In this document: positions 34,301 to 46,146 of the stretch, one piece after another
Position numbering within the stretch: position 1 is the first letter of the stretch
Layout: every line of letters starts with the position of its first letter
Assembly (NCBI GenBank): GCA_002269645.1
Contig: NIVC01001586.1
Location: forward strand, 18,076-82,075
Direction: 5' to 3'
From: Macrostomum lignano
Taxonomy: Eukaryota
Length of the DNA: 64,000 nucleotides
Notes under the pieces: model-generated
Databases searched by the model: none
What the model saw: the letters and a program-made list of their open reading frames with translations, nothing else
What the model was told of the DNA's origin: nothing
Translations under genes and position numbers: made by a program

Positions 34301-37300
34301 CTTGGGCGCGAAGTGGTTAAGCTATCTGTAATTGGCCTGACTAAACTTAGACGCCCAAGCCTAAGGGAGGCTAACACTGCCTTCTCAGCCACCCGCTGAG
34401 CCCGGCGGGATCTGCTGAACAGGACCAGGACGCCTTGTTCATTAATCTGCAGATCTGCACGCTGTGCTGAGTTCGTTGACTTGTTTATTTCGTTCCGACG
34501 GGAAGCTCACCTCACCGAAGGCCGAGACATGAAGGAACTGGTGGCAGCACTACCGACGCTACTAAGAGCTAATAAGAAAGCTTCCGAGAGAAGAGGCTCG
34601 AGACTTAAGGTAAAGCTTAAGTGACTAAATCGGGAAGCAAAAAGCGATCTACTTCGTTGGTGGCAGCGGTGGGATTCAAAGACCTACCATGCCACCTTGA
34701 GACAACCCTAAGTACTTCATCTTTTATCAATAGTGCACTTTCAGACTTGAGGAAGGGTAGCTGTGGTACACTGTCGGACCTGAGGAAGGGTAGCTGTGGT
34801 GCACTGTCGGACCTGAGGGAGGGTAGCTGTGGTACACTGTCGGACCTGAGGAAGGGTAGCTGTGGTGCACTGTCGGACCTGAGGGAGGGTAGCTGTGGTG
34901 CGCTGTCGGATCTGAGGAAGGGTAGCTGTGGTGCACTGTCGGACCTGAGGAAGGGTAGCTGTGGTGCGCTATCGGACCTGAGGGAGGGTAGCTGTGGTGC
35001 ACTGTCGGACCTGAGGGAGGGTAGCTGTGGTGCGCTATCGGACCTGAGGGAGGGTAGCTGTGGTGCACTGTCGGACCTGAGGGAGGGTAGCTGTGGTGCA
35101 CTGTCGGACCTGAGGGAGGGTAGCTGTGGTGCACTGTCGGACCTGAGGGAGGGTAGCTGTGGTGCACTGTCGGACCTGAGGGAGGGTAGCTGTGGTGCAC
35201 TGTCGGACCTGAGGGAGGGTAGCTGTGGTGCACTGTCGGACCTGAGGGAGGGTAGCTGTGGTGCACTGTCGGACCTGAGGGAGGGTGGCGCACACCTCAA
35301 AAGACAAATTAGTCGCTTACAGACACAGATGGCAGACGACTCCGCCCATGCCTATGCTTTAGGTGGCAGGTGTGGGTTGTAGCCAAACAACTTCTGCTCC
35401 GAAGAGTTGGAATCGTGCTCACAGTGAATGTGAATGTGAAGCCAGGCCGCCAATCAGTTTCTGGCGGCTGATTGAACAGCGTTTTGCACGGATCTGCGGG
35501 AGATTGTGGAGACGGTACTTGCACTATCTAGTGGCTATATCTGGACTCGAACCTGTGTCCTTCGGTGCAAGAGAGCAATGCAGGGCACTCGCCCTCTATA
35601 AAAAACTGAACGATACACAAAAGGCTGAGTGCTATGCAGTTTCACAGTGAGCGCGCACAAATCAACTTCGGTATGCTCTCGGTTATTTGCGACTCCTCCG
35701 AAGTTCTCTCCAGAGAGTAGGCGCACGAAATGCTCCCGCCGACCATCGACTCGTTGACTCGTAGGCTGAACGTGCTGCTGCGAAATTCCAGTCCGTCACC
35801 CACGTCAGTCAACTGCGGGATTCAGTGAATTGAATGTATTGAAGTGCACTTAAGTGTGGTTCATTGTCTTGGGTTGCAATTGGAGTCGACTGGAATGCAT
35901 TGGAGTGTGTTGCAGTGCAGCCCAAACTACCTCTTCTGCACCCCAACGAACCACAAAGAGCTGAGGATAAAGTCCCATCCCACTCAACATAAAAACCCCC
36001 GACTCGAACATTGTCATGCTTGGTCTCCAAGATCAGCTTCGGCGAGCCAGCTCGATCAATCAGCAGGCAGTGGTGCAGCGGCCTTGGAAACGCCGGCTCG
36101 GTACTGAAGGTCACCAGCGCTTCGGTCCCCACGACCCACACGGATCCGCCCATGTCCAGATGGACAGCTTTCGGCTTTGCTGCGGAGTATTTTGAGTAAA
36201 AATTATTTACTTTTTACTTATGCTTCTGCTGCCCACAATGACTCTTAAGACGCATAAAGGATCATGAGCAAACAAATCGCTCAAGAAGAATTCTGTACTC
36301 GCAAATCGTGTAATTTTTACTGCAGAATACATTAGCTAGATAGGGCTTCGGAGTTTCCTTGACATTAAAAAGATGTCAAGCTTCAGAGAAACTATATTTG
36401 TTAATTTTATAGAGTAGTAGAACAGACAGTGTCAACGAGATTTGCCCGCAATGCTTTTTTCCTGCAGCGCATTTTTTCACGTCGCAGATTTTGTCTGCAC
36501 TGCCTCCCCAATGCTTAGTAAGTCTTATTAAAGAGATTTGGGGAACAAAGCGACATGGAATATGCATGAATTAATAGATGCATGTATATACAGAACTGAG
36601 TGCCTACAAGAAAAATATAAATTTGATATGCAGTTACTATCAAAGCGTTTTGATCGGATAAATCTCTTTATTAAGACTTAATAAGCATTAGGGGGCATGC
36701 AAAATATAGCTGTCACGTGACTAAATGCGCCGCAAGAAAAAAAGCATTTCGGGCAAATCTCGGCGGGAAAAATCTCGGCGAGCAATTCACTCGCGGGCAA
36801 ATTCCACTGCGGGCAAAGCTCGGCGGGCAATTCTCGTGCTCCCGAACAGAAGACTCAGAAATTCACCTAAAACTCGTTGTTCTAGAACTGGTTGTTAAAT
36901 AATGAAGCAGTGAAGCACAGCTACCCTCCCTCACGTCCGACATTGCACCACTCCCACAGCTACAATCCCTCAGGTCCGACAGTGCACCACAGCTACCCTT
37001 CCTCAGGTCCGACAGTGCACCACAGCTACCCTTCCTCAGGTCCGACAGTGCACCACAGCTACCCTTCCTCAGGTCCGACAGTGCACCACAGCTACCCTTC
37101 CTCAGGTCTGACAGTGCACCACAGCTACCCTTCCTCAGGTCCGACAGTGCACCACAGCTACCCTTCCTCAGGTCCGACAGTGCACCACAGCTACCCTTCC
37201 TCAGGTCGACAGCGCACTACAGCTACCCTCCCTCAGGTCGACAGCGCACTACAGCTACCCTACTTAACGTAGGAAAATTAACGATTTGAAAGTGCAGCGA

Positions 37301-40300
37301 ACTTCTTTTTTGCTTGATTTTCTATTGTAGAAGCACGAATGCATGTACAGAAGAACCGGGCTGCCTACAGATGAACCCGATCGTCCTATTGAATCGGCCA
37401 CTGGCTCCGCTGGCGCACCGGAAGCTGCAGTCCAATTGACTGTTGCGAAATCGGCCGTTGATCGTCAGCAGGTAGGCCGCCGCACTGCCTGCGGCTTCCT
37501 AAAAATATTGTAAAAGTCATTCACGTGTACCACTGAAAACTGCTTTTTTAGGAAGCCAGTTCCTCTTTTCTCGTTCTGTTTACTGTTTTATAGCTTTTTT
37601 TTCTTTTCGTGCCATCCTAAGGGAGCGCTCCTCCTTTCTGGAGACCTCCCTTTGTGCGCCAGTCACGTGGTGGCCGTACTCCCTCTACATGCATCTCGTA
37701 CCAGTTACGCTCGTAGGTTGGTGCCGCTTGATAAACTCCTGCAAACAGCCTTCGACAAGCAAACATCCTGCAAGCAAACATCCTGCAAACAAACATCCTG
37801 CAAACAAGCATCCTGCAAGCAAACATCCTGCAAACAAACATACTGCAAGCAAACATCCTGCAAGCAAACATCCTGCAAACAAACATCCTGCAAGCAAACA
37901 TCCTGCAAGCAAACATACTGCAAACAAACATCCTGCAAGCAAACTTCCAGCAAAGAAGCATCCTGCAAACAAACATCCTGCAAACAAGCATCCTGAAAGC
38001 AAACATCCTGCAAGCAAACATCCTGCAAACAAACATCCTGCAAGCAAACATCCTGCAAACAAACATCCTGCAAGCAAACATCCTGCAAGCAAACATCCTG
38101 CAAGCAAACATCCTGCAAACAAACATCCTGCAAGCAAACTTCCACCAAACAAGCATCCTGCAAGCAAACATCCTGCAAGCAAACATCCTGCAAACAAGCA
38201 TCCTGCAAGCAAACATCCTGCAAGCAAACATCCTGCAAGCAAACATCCTGCAAGCAAACATCCTGCAAGCAAACATCCTGCAAACAAGCATCCTGCAAGC
38301 AAACATCCTGCAAGAAAACATCCTGCAAGCAAACATCCTGCAAGCAAACATACTGCAAACAAACATCCTGCAAGCAAACATCCTGCAAACAAGCATTCTG
38401 CAACCAAACATCCTGCAAGCAAACATCCTGCAAGCAAACATCCTGCAAACAAGCATCCTGCAAGCAAACATTCTGCAAACAAACATCCTGCAAGCAAACA
38501 TCCTGCAAGCAAACATCCTGCAAGCAAACATCCTGCAAGCAAACATCCTGCAAGCAAACATCCTGCAAGCAAGCATGCTGCAAGCAAACATTCTGCAAAC
38601 AAACATCCTGCAAGCAAACATCCTGCAAGCAAACATCCTGCAAGCAAACATCCTGCAAGCAAACATCCTGCAAACAAACATCCTGCAAACAAACATCCTG
38701 CAAACAAACATCCTGCAAACAAACATCCTGCAAGCAAACATCCTGCAAACAAACATCCTGCAAACAAGCATCCTGCAAGCAAACATCCTGCAAGCAAACA
38801 TCCTGCAACCAAACATCCTGCAAGCAAACATCCTGCAAACAAGCATCCTGCAAACAAGCATCCTGCAAGCAAACATCCTGCAAGCAAACATCCTGCAAAC
38901 AAACATCCTGCAAACAAGCATCCTGCAAGCAAACATCCTGCAAGCAAACATCCTGCAACCAAACATCCTGCAAGCAAACATCCTGCAAGCAAACATCCTG
39001 CAAGCAAACATCCTGCAAGCAAACATCCTGCAAACAAGCATCCTGCAAGCAAACATCCTGCAAGAAAACATCCTGCAAGCAAACATCCTGCAAGCAAACA
39101 TACTGCAAACAAACATCCTGCAAACAAACATCCTGCAAACAAGCATCCTGCAAACAAGCATCCTGCAAGCAAACATTCTGCAAACAAACATCCTGCAAGC
39201 AAACATCCTGCAAGCAAACATCCTGCAAGCAAACATTCTGCAAACAAACATCCTGCAAGCAAACATCCTGCAAGCAAACATCCTGCAAGCAAACATCCTG
39301 CAAACAAACATCCTGCAAACAAACATCCTTCAAGCAAACATCCTGCAAGCAAACATCCTGCAAGCAAACATCCTGCAAGCAAGCATGCTGCAAGCAAACA
39401 TTCTGCAAGCAAACATCCTGCAAACAAACATCCTGCAAGCAAACATCCTTTAAGCAAACATCCTGCAAACAAACATCCTGCAAACAAACATTCTGCAAAA
39501 AAACATCCTGCAAGCAAACATCCTGCAAACAAACATCCTGCAAGCAAACATCCTGCAAGCAAATATCCTGCAAGCAAACATTCTGCAAGCAAATATCCTG
39601 CAAGCAAACATCCTGCAAGCAAATATCCTGCAAGCAAACATCCTGCAAACAAGCATCCTGCAAGCAAACATTCTGCAAACAAACATCCTGAAAGCAAACA
39701 TCCTGCAAGCAAACATCCTGCAAGCAAACATCCTGCAAGCAAACGCAAGCAAACATCCTGCAAACAAGCATCCTGCAAGCAAACATCCTGCAAACAAGCA
39801 TCCTGCAAGCAAACATCCTGCAAACAAGCATCCTGCAAGCAAACATCCTGCAAACAAGCATCCTGCAAGCAAACATCCTGCAAACAAGCATCCTGCAAGC
39901 AAACATCCTGCAAACAAGCATCCTGCAAGCAAACATCCTGCAAACAAGCATCCTGCAAGCAAACATCCTGCAAACAAGCATCCTGCAAGCAAACATTCTG
40001 CAAACAAACGTCCTGCAAACAAACATCCTGCAAACAAACATTCGGCAGAAAACATCCTGCAAGCAAACATCCTGCAAACAAACATTCGGCAGAAAACATC
40101 CTGCAAACAAACATCCTGCAAACAAACATTCGGCAGAAAACATCTGGCTCTCATAAGAAACTAATAAATGTTTCGCCCCTTTTGCTGGCAAGTATGCAAC
40201 GAATTGTGAGCTTGTCCTTACTAACAAGAATATCTTAAACCGTTATTAATTTACTGCAACTCACAAACTTGAAATTGCCCACGAGTGGTTGGAGGCTGCA

Positions 40301-42830
40301 CAGCGGAGTCTTCAGAGTCTGGCAGGGCAGGCAGGCCACCAGCATGGTGCCAGGCCGAAGGCGGTCCAGGCCGACCGCTGAACAGACCGACTGGCTGCTG
40401 CGGCTGACCAGCTGAACAGCTGCATCATCTGAGAGAGAGAGAGCGCGCACACAGCGCAGTTGATTAGCGGACTCATCATCATATTCTTTTGAATTCTTTA
40501 CTCGCCCATTACTTAATATGTTTTCAATTATCACTTCGGTCCCCTGGCCATTCCACTCTCTCACTCGGTGCCATTCCCTCTTCTCTCACTCGGTGCCATT
40601 CCCTCTTCTCTCACTCGGTGCCATTCCCTCTGGTGGATACAACGGAAAGTTGTCACGCGATGACATGACCTCTTTGCAATCACTGGTAACTGGCTTACCA
40701 AAATTGATTTGTAATCCAGCGAACTCCAGCCGCTTATCAGTTTCATTCTGCACAAATCTTCTCAGAAGAATAAAGCGAGTCGGCTGCAAATATTGATTTA
40801 ATTCAAGGTTACGCATTTAGATTGATAGTTCTGAAGTTAATTTAATAGAGACACGAAAACTTCATTTTGGCGCCAAAGCTCCCAATATTTATTGATAACT
40901 AAAAAAAATAAATATGGGATCTGTGGAATGGGATCGGGATGGGACGGGGATGGACCGGGAGGGGACCTGTGGAATGGGACCTGGAGATGGAACCCTGTGG
41001 AATGGAATCGGGATGGGACCTGTGGAATGGGATCGGGATGGGACCTGTGGAATGGGATCGGGATGGGACCTGTGGAATGGGATCGGGATGGGACCTGTGG
41101 AATGGGACCGGGATGGGACCTGTGGAATGGGACCAGGAGGGGACCTGTGGAATGGGACCTGGAGATGGAACCCTGTGGAATGGGATCGGGATGGGACCTG
41201 TGGAATGGGACCTGGAGATGGAACCCTGTGGAATGGGATCGGGATGGGACCTGTGGAATGGGATCGGGATGGGACCTGTGGAATGGGACCGGGATGGGAC
41301 CTGTGGAATGGGATCGGGATTGGTCCTCTTGAGTGTATATCACACAAACGCTAAGTCAGCATTCCGAGCGTGAACTCCCAAAACTAAAGTGGCGCGTGAG
41401 ATTAGTTCAGAAAAGGGAGAATTTTCCCAATATTAGGAAGTGAATTTTTTTGCTAATAGCACGAAGGCTCAATTCCATGGACAGCAGCTGACCTTTGGGC
41501 ACACCGGGCCGCACACGAGTCCGCACTTCACCTGCTGGCGCAGCGGTCCAGAAGGCCGGGCAGCGGCGGTACGGCCGCAAGTAGAAAATTTGTCCACAGC
41601 CACAGTGGCTTTGCAGGAGCCTGACACGGGCTTTAACTGGATTGATTCCGACTGCTCATCGCTGATTAGCACCTCCAAGTTGCTTGCTCTCACCGGAGCT
41701 GCTTGTTAGGGGATATGAGATTGGAGCGAAATTATAGCAGCAGACCGGAGAGAAAACATTGGATTTCCAGGCTAATCTGACTTGACACTATATAGCTACC
41801 CTGACCCAACACCACCCTGACAACCACCCTGACACAACACCATTCTGACTCAACACCACCCTGACAACCAACCCCTGACCCAGAACAAACCGTCAGGCTG
41901 GGCGTGAACCGTCACGGACTGAAGATGAACAGCTCTGGACAGACGGAGCAGCAGCCATTGGTACCCGAATTCGTCCGGCGCGTTGCCCGAACGGAACGAC
42001 ACGGCGGTCGTGTCGGCCACGGCTCGAACCGAGGCGCTGTAGCATCGCTCCTCAAATGTGGACGACTGCCAGGCTTCGATCATGTTCAGATTTGAGTGAC
42101 TGGCACCGGCGCCTGTGCAGGATATTGACGGCGCAGAAAAGAAATGTAATACTCGTATATATGCTGCCGTATATATTTAGATAAGACAATTTTAAGATAC
42201 TATTGATTTTACGCTTTTTAGGGTGAAGTAGCCACCCATGAATCACTGGATATGGATACAGTACGGAGTTAAGCTTGTGTTCAGAGGGAGATTTGTGCGG
42301 ATTTTAGGCCAGGACATGTGGAGCTCGCACCAACATCGATCAACTTCTAATCAAAGATGAGATATATTGCCACTTAATTTGTGCTGCAGTTCATGTCACC
42401 AACACAGAGCCAAATAAAATGGTACAAAAGTACATGTAGTCCATTTCTAGCTACTTAATATAACTAGCGATCCCTATTATGGATCAAGAAATGCAACCTA
42501 CCGTTGAATAGCTGCACCAGCTGGATGCCAATAACTGCTAGCACTTGTGCATTGGCAATTAAACAGTTAAGAGAAATGCAAACCTGCAACCAAGATCTCG
42601 GCTGCATCACAATAGCGCTTAACAGAATAACTACGAAGACTTTAGGCCCAAACGCTCACGGCTAGAAGATACGGGTAATAAATAACGTTTCTATCAGAAT
42701 TTAACTTTTGTTTTAACAAACATTTTCTGCACCCGATACTGTACCAACAGCATGGTCAGCTGACTTACGCAACCAAACAGATGCGCAGGTGTGCAAGCGT
42801 CAGAAAGAGAACTTTCAAGTCAGCCCACAG
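31344..42830 (-). CDS. Type I membrane receptor: signal peptide, F-type-lectin (FTP/F5-8C)-like domain, two Ig-like domains, TM helix, nine tandem acidic YDxL motifs (~690 aa)
   Basis: Exons ?-42769, 42630-42584, 42112-41891, 41698-41532, 40783-40699, 40428-40265, 37498-37369, 36179-36010, 32597-32462, 32221-31344; all AG/GT bounded, with junction phases 2,1,1,0,1,0,1,0,1 joining into one stop-free frame. Start codon not located; domain names are motif-based inference. Confidence 0.8.
31385..31915 (-). repeat. Coding 60-bp minisatellite, 9 units, encoding GVVE(D/N)EYD(L/V)LASASTP..
   Basis: Lies in the last exon downstream of the TM segment; 20-aa period. Confidence 0.95.
33453..34281 (-). 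mobile_element. Internally deleted, non-autonomous piggyBac element
   Basis: TTAA at 33453-33456 and 34278-34281; imperfect inverted termini (AAAGGCCTGCACTGCAGGCCATA and TATGGACTGCTCTGCAGGCCTTT); acidic N-terminal fragment DSDSEDALSSNDSTVFESETE; C-terminal Cys-rich motif KKTVFCCSQCPGNPGLCPDPC. Confidence 0.65.
34741..35287 (+). repeat. 33-bp minisatellite, ~16.5 copies
   Basis: Unit CTGTCGGACCTGAGGGAGGGTAGCTGTGGTGCA. Confidence 0.96.
36436..36843. mobile_element. MITE-like palindromic element with subterminal short repeats
   Basis: 36436-36474 pairs with ~36723-36761 (about 4 mismatches); inner AAGTCTTATTAAAGAGATTT and AAATCTCTTTATTAAGACTT pair; ends in ATTCTCGTGCTCCC like 14947-14960. Confidence 0.6.
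36912..37261 (-). repeat. 33-bp minisatellite, inverted copy of the 34741-35287 array (~10 units)
   Basis: AGTGCACCACAGCTACCCTTCCTCAGGTCCGAC is the reverse complement of the GAGGAAGGG variant unit. Confidence 0.95.
37757..40145. repeat. 15-bp minisatellite (AAACATCCTGCAAGC)n, ~155 copies, intronic
   Basis: Source of the 570-850-aa KHPAS / CRMFA / LQDVC ORFs. Confidence 0.97.
40550..40630. repeat. 25-bp triple repeat next to a donor site
   Basis: TCACTCGGTG at 40561, 40586 and 40611. Confidence 0.85.
40915..41322. repeat. ~25-bp G-rich minisatellite (GGGATGGGACCTGTGGAATGGGATC)
   Basis: Direct periodicity with a 35-bp variant unit. Confidence 0.93.
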
Positions 42831-43439
42831 GCTTGCAGATTGTATAAGATAATCAAGCTGGTAGCAATTGCTTTAGCTGTGCATGCCTGGCGTGTGAAAG
42901 TGGCCAAGACAAGATTTACTCATGGTTTATAGTTTATCACTAGGAGCCGAAAACGCACTTGGAAGATAGTAAAGCTATCAGTAACACGACACTTTAGCCA
43001 GTCTATGTTCGAGGCAGAAAAAGGTAAACCACCCACATCAATTAGAATTATATTTACCAAGACAAAATCATCAACTGTAAGTCATTCTTTGCAAGACAAT
43101 ATAGTTATTCAAGTATTTAAAAAATCTTGCTAACTCGTCAGATCAGGCCTAAATATCGATCTCATACGATACTCTGTGTATGGATAAAATCAATTATCAA
43201 CAATGATGTCTAATTAAGTTATATTGACTGAGCAAAGTGGACAGTCTGGCCATACCAAGAAGCGAATGACATTTGGGAGATGAAATCAGATTGCATATTA
43301 GTCTGCTTGTCATTAATTAACCGTAGGGAATTGTAGATATTGAATAAAGTTATTAATACAGCAATTAAATAACCTTACTATCGTTAGCGAGTGCTTAATA
43401 ACTTAATTAGAGTGGAGCTCTGTTCTCGGGACGCTAAAA

Positions 43440-44700
43440 CTGGATCCAGTCACGTGATTGGACACCGCACGAATAGAAATCACGAAATGTAACGAGATTG
43501 GAAACCACGAGACTCGAAATGGAAAAAATTGGATACCACGTGACTGAAAATCATGCAACTGGAAATCACCCGATGATGATATCACGTGACTGGAAATCCC
43601 CCGATCGGATATCCCGTGACTTACCCGATTGGAAGTCACGTGACTGGAAATTTTTCGGATAAGAAATCTCGTGACTGAAAATTACCCGATTGGAAATCAC
43701 ATGACTGGAAATTACCCGATTGGAAATCACATGACTGGAAATTACCCGATTGGAAATCACATGACTGGAAATTACCCGATTGGAAATCACATGACTGGAA
43801 ATTACCCGATTGGAAATCATGTGACTGGAAATTACCCGATTGGAAGTCACGTGACTGGAGATTACCCGATTAGAAATCACGTAACTGGAAATTACCCGAT
43901 TGGAAATCACGTGACTGAAAATTACCAATTAAAATTCACGTGACTGGAAATTACCCAATTGGAAATCACGTGACTGAAAATTACCAATTAAAAGTTACGT
44001 GACTGGAAATTACCCAATTAGAAGTCACATGATTGGAAATTACCCAATTAGAAGTCACGTGACTGGAAATTACCCAATTAAGTCACGTGACTGGAAATTA
44101 ACCGATTAGAAATCACCCTATGGGATATCACGTGACTGGAAATTACCCGATTAAAAATCACCCTATGGGATATCACATTACTAGAAATTACCCGATTAGA
44201 AATCACCCTATGGGATATCACGTGACTGGAAATTACCCGATTAAAAATCACCCTATGGGATATCACATTACTAGAAATTACCCGATTAGAAATCACCCGA
44301 TGGGATATCACATTACTAGAAATTACCCGATTAGAAATCACCCTATGGGATATCACGTGACTGGAAATTACCCGATTAAAAATCACCCTATGGGATATCA
44401 CGTGACTGGAAATTACCCGATTAAAAATCACCCGATGGAATATCACATTACTAGAAATTACCCGATTAAAAATCACCCGATGGAATATCACATTACTAGA
44501 AATTACCCGATTAGAAATCACCCTATGGGATATCACGTGACTGGAAATTACCCGATTAGAAATCACCCTATGGGATATCACGTGACTGGAAATTACCCGA
44601 TTAGAAATCACCCTATGGGATATCACGTGACTGGAAATTACCCGATTAAAAATCACCCGATGGAATATCACATTACTAGAAATTAACCGATTAGAAATTA
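43440..44700. repeat. Minisatellite with 30-bp then 45-bp units carrying TCACGTGA and TGGAAATTACCC
   Basis: Period 30 over 43660-44090 and period 45 over 44100-44690. Confidence 0.93.
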
Positions 44701-45399
44701 CCCGTTATGAATCATCTGATAGGCATAATATCACTAGAACTCCAATCACATGTTCGCTGCTAAAAATGACAACACATTTTAAATTTCGCACAAGCCCAGC
44801 GCACCATTCAGATTCCCCACCCCCCTAACCTAACACAGCTGACTACTGACTAAACCAGCTAGGCATTGTTCCAGAAACCTCCGATTCCAAATCATACGCG
44901 CAAACATTGTAATAATCGAAATTTGATAAACACAGGGATAATCAACTAACCAATAAAGATAACACACAAAAAAGCGATAAACTGAATGGACAGTTAAGCG
45001 CCACATCAATTTAAAAATCATAGCCGCATCAAACAGAGGTCAGCGAGGCCCATAGAGACAAAAACTTGTGCGCGAATGCAGAATTTGGTTGGCTCATTAA
45101 CTTTGGCAACTTTAGTCGGTCAAATATGAGCAAATCTATTCTCATTTATCATAATCAATTGGGCTGAATGAAGAATATTACAACTGACTTACAAAGCAGA
45201 TCAGTCACTTCCGACGAGGGCGGATTATAGAAATACTGTGTACGAATCGAATGAAAACTTATTGTAAAAATGAAAAAGCTTTGATAGGCTTTCAGTAGTT
45301 TGAATTTTTCTTATTTTTTATCATGAAAGCTAGTCGCAAACTGCTACTATTAGTAATTTGAAGGAGCATGTTTATTAGATCGGCTTTGTTAACTAGATG

Positions 45400-45790
45400 G
45401 GTGTTCTGGTGGGTTCATTTTGCAGGTTGGGGTTCCGGTGGGTTCATTTTGCAGGTTGGGGTGTTCCGGTGGGTTTATTTTGCAGGTTGGGGAGTTCCGG
45501 TGGGTTCATTTTGCAGGTTGGGGTTCCGGTGGGTTCATTTTGCAGGTTGGGGAGTTCCGGTGGGTTCATTTTGCAGGTTGGGGTTCCGGTGGGTTCATTT
45601 TGCAGGTTGGGGTGTTCCGGTGGGTTCATTTTGCAGGTTGGGGTTCCGGTGGGTTCATTTTGCAGGTTGGGGTGTTCCGGTGGGTTCATTTTGCAGGTTG
45701 GGGTGTTCCGGTGGGTTCATTTTGCAGGTTGGAGTATTCCGGTGGGTTCATTTTGCAGGTTGGGGTGTTCCGGTGGGTTCATTTTGTAGG
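45400..45790. repeat. 29-32-bp minisatellite (GGTGGGTTCATTTTGCAGGTTGGGGTTCC)
   Basis: About 12 copies downstream of MGAT1. Confidence 0.93.
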
Positions 45791-46146
45791 ATGTCTCGAT
45801 GATTAATTCTACAATGTTTAAGCTGACTAACTTTTTTAATTAATAATATAAACAGATTGTATATCCTATTTTAATGAACCAGTATATCAGCTTAAAGCCT
45901 ACCGTTAGCATGCACAAAGCACAGCTGAAAGTCAATGAACTAACATAGCGCATTATGAGTTTAAAAGCATCAAACGCAGTATTCGCTAAGAGAAATGGAA
46001 AATAAGAAATCAGTAATAACTGCGAGAGACCAGAAATAGGCAATTTTTTAAAACACTAATTTCATAGCCGGTTACAGACACTCGGATAATAAAGGCAAGC
46101 CAATGAGATTAATTGAGGCAAATCTAAAAACAACAAAGCAAATCAA

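Larger units (their letters stand above)
33290..35800 (+). mobile_element. Heavily decayed DIRS-like (tyrosine-recombinase) retrotransposon remnant
   Basis: Fragments resembling DIRS RT start (LRHEVRRTLAQRG...FFSLVF), DLLRWW, RNase H (QMADDSAHAYALGG; GIVLTV..VKPG) and a possible YR N-terminus (RYLHYLVAISGL); many stops and frameshifts. Confidence 0.35.

Noticed and set aside
37617-40238. 570-850-aa ORFs (KHPAS, CRMFA, LQDVC, AGCLL repeats)
   Set aside because: A 15-bp unit with no stop codon opens multiple frames on both strands; the array lies in an intron between two phase-compatible exons.
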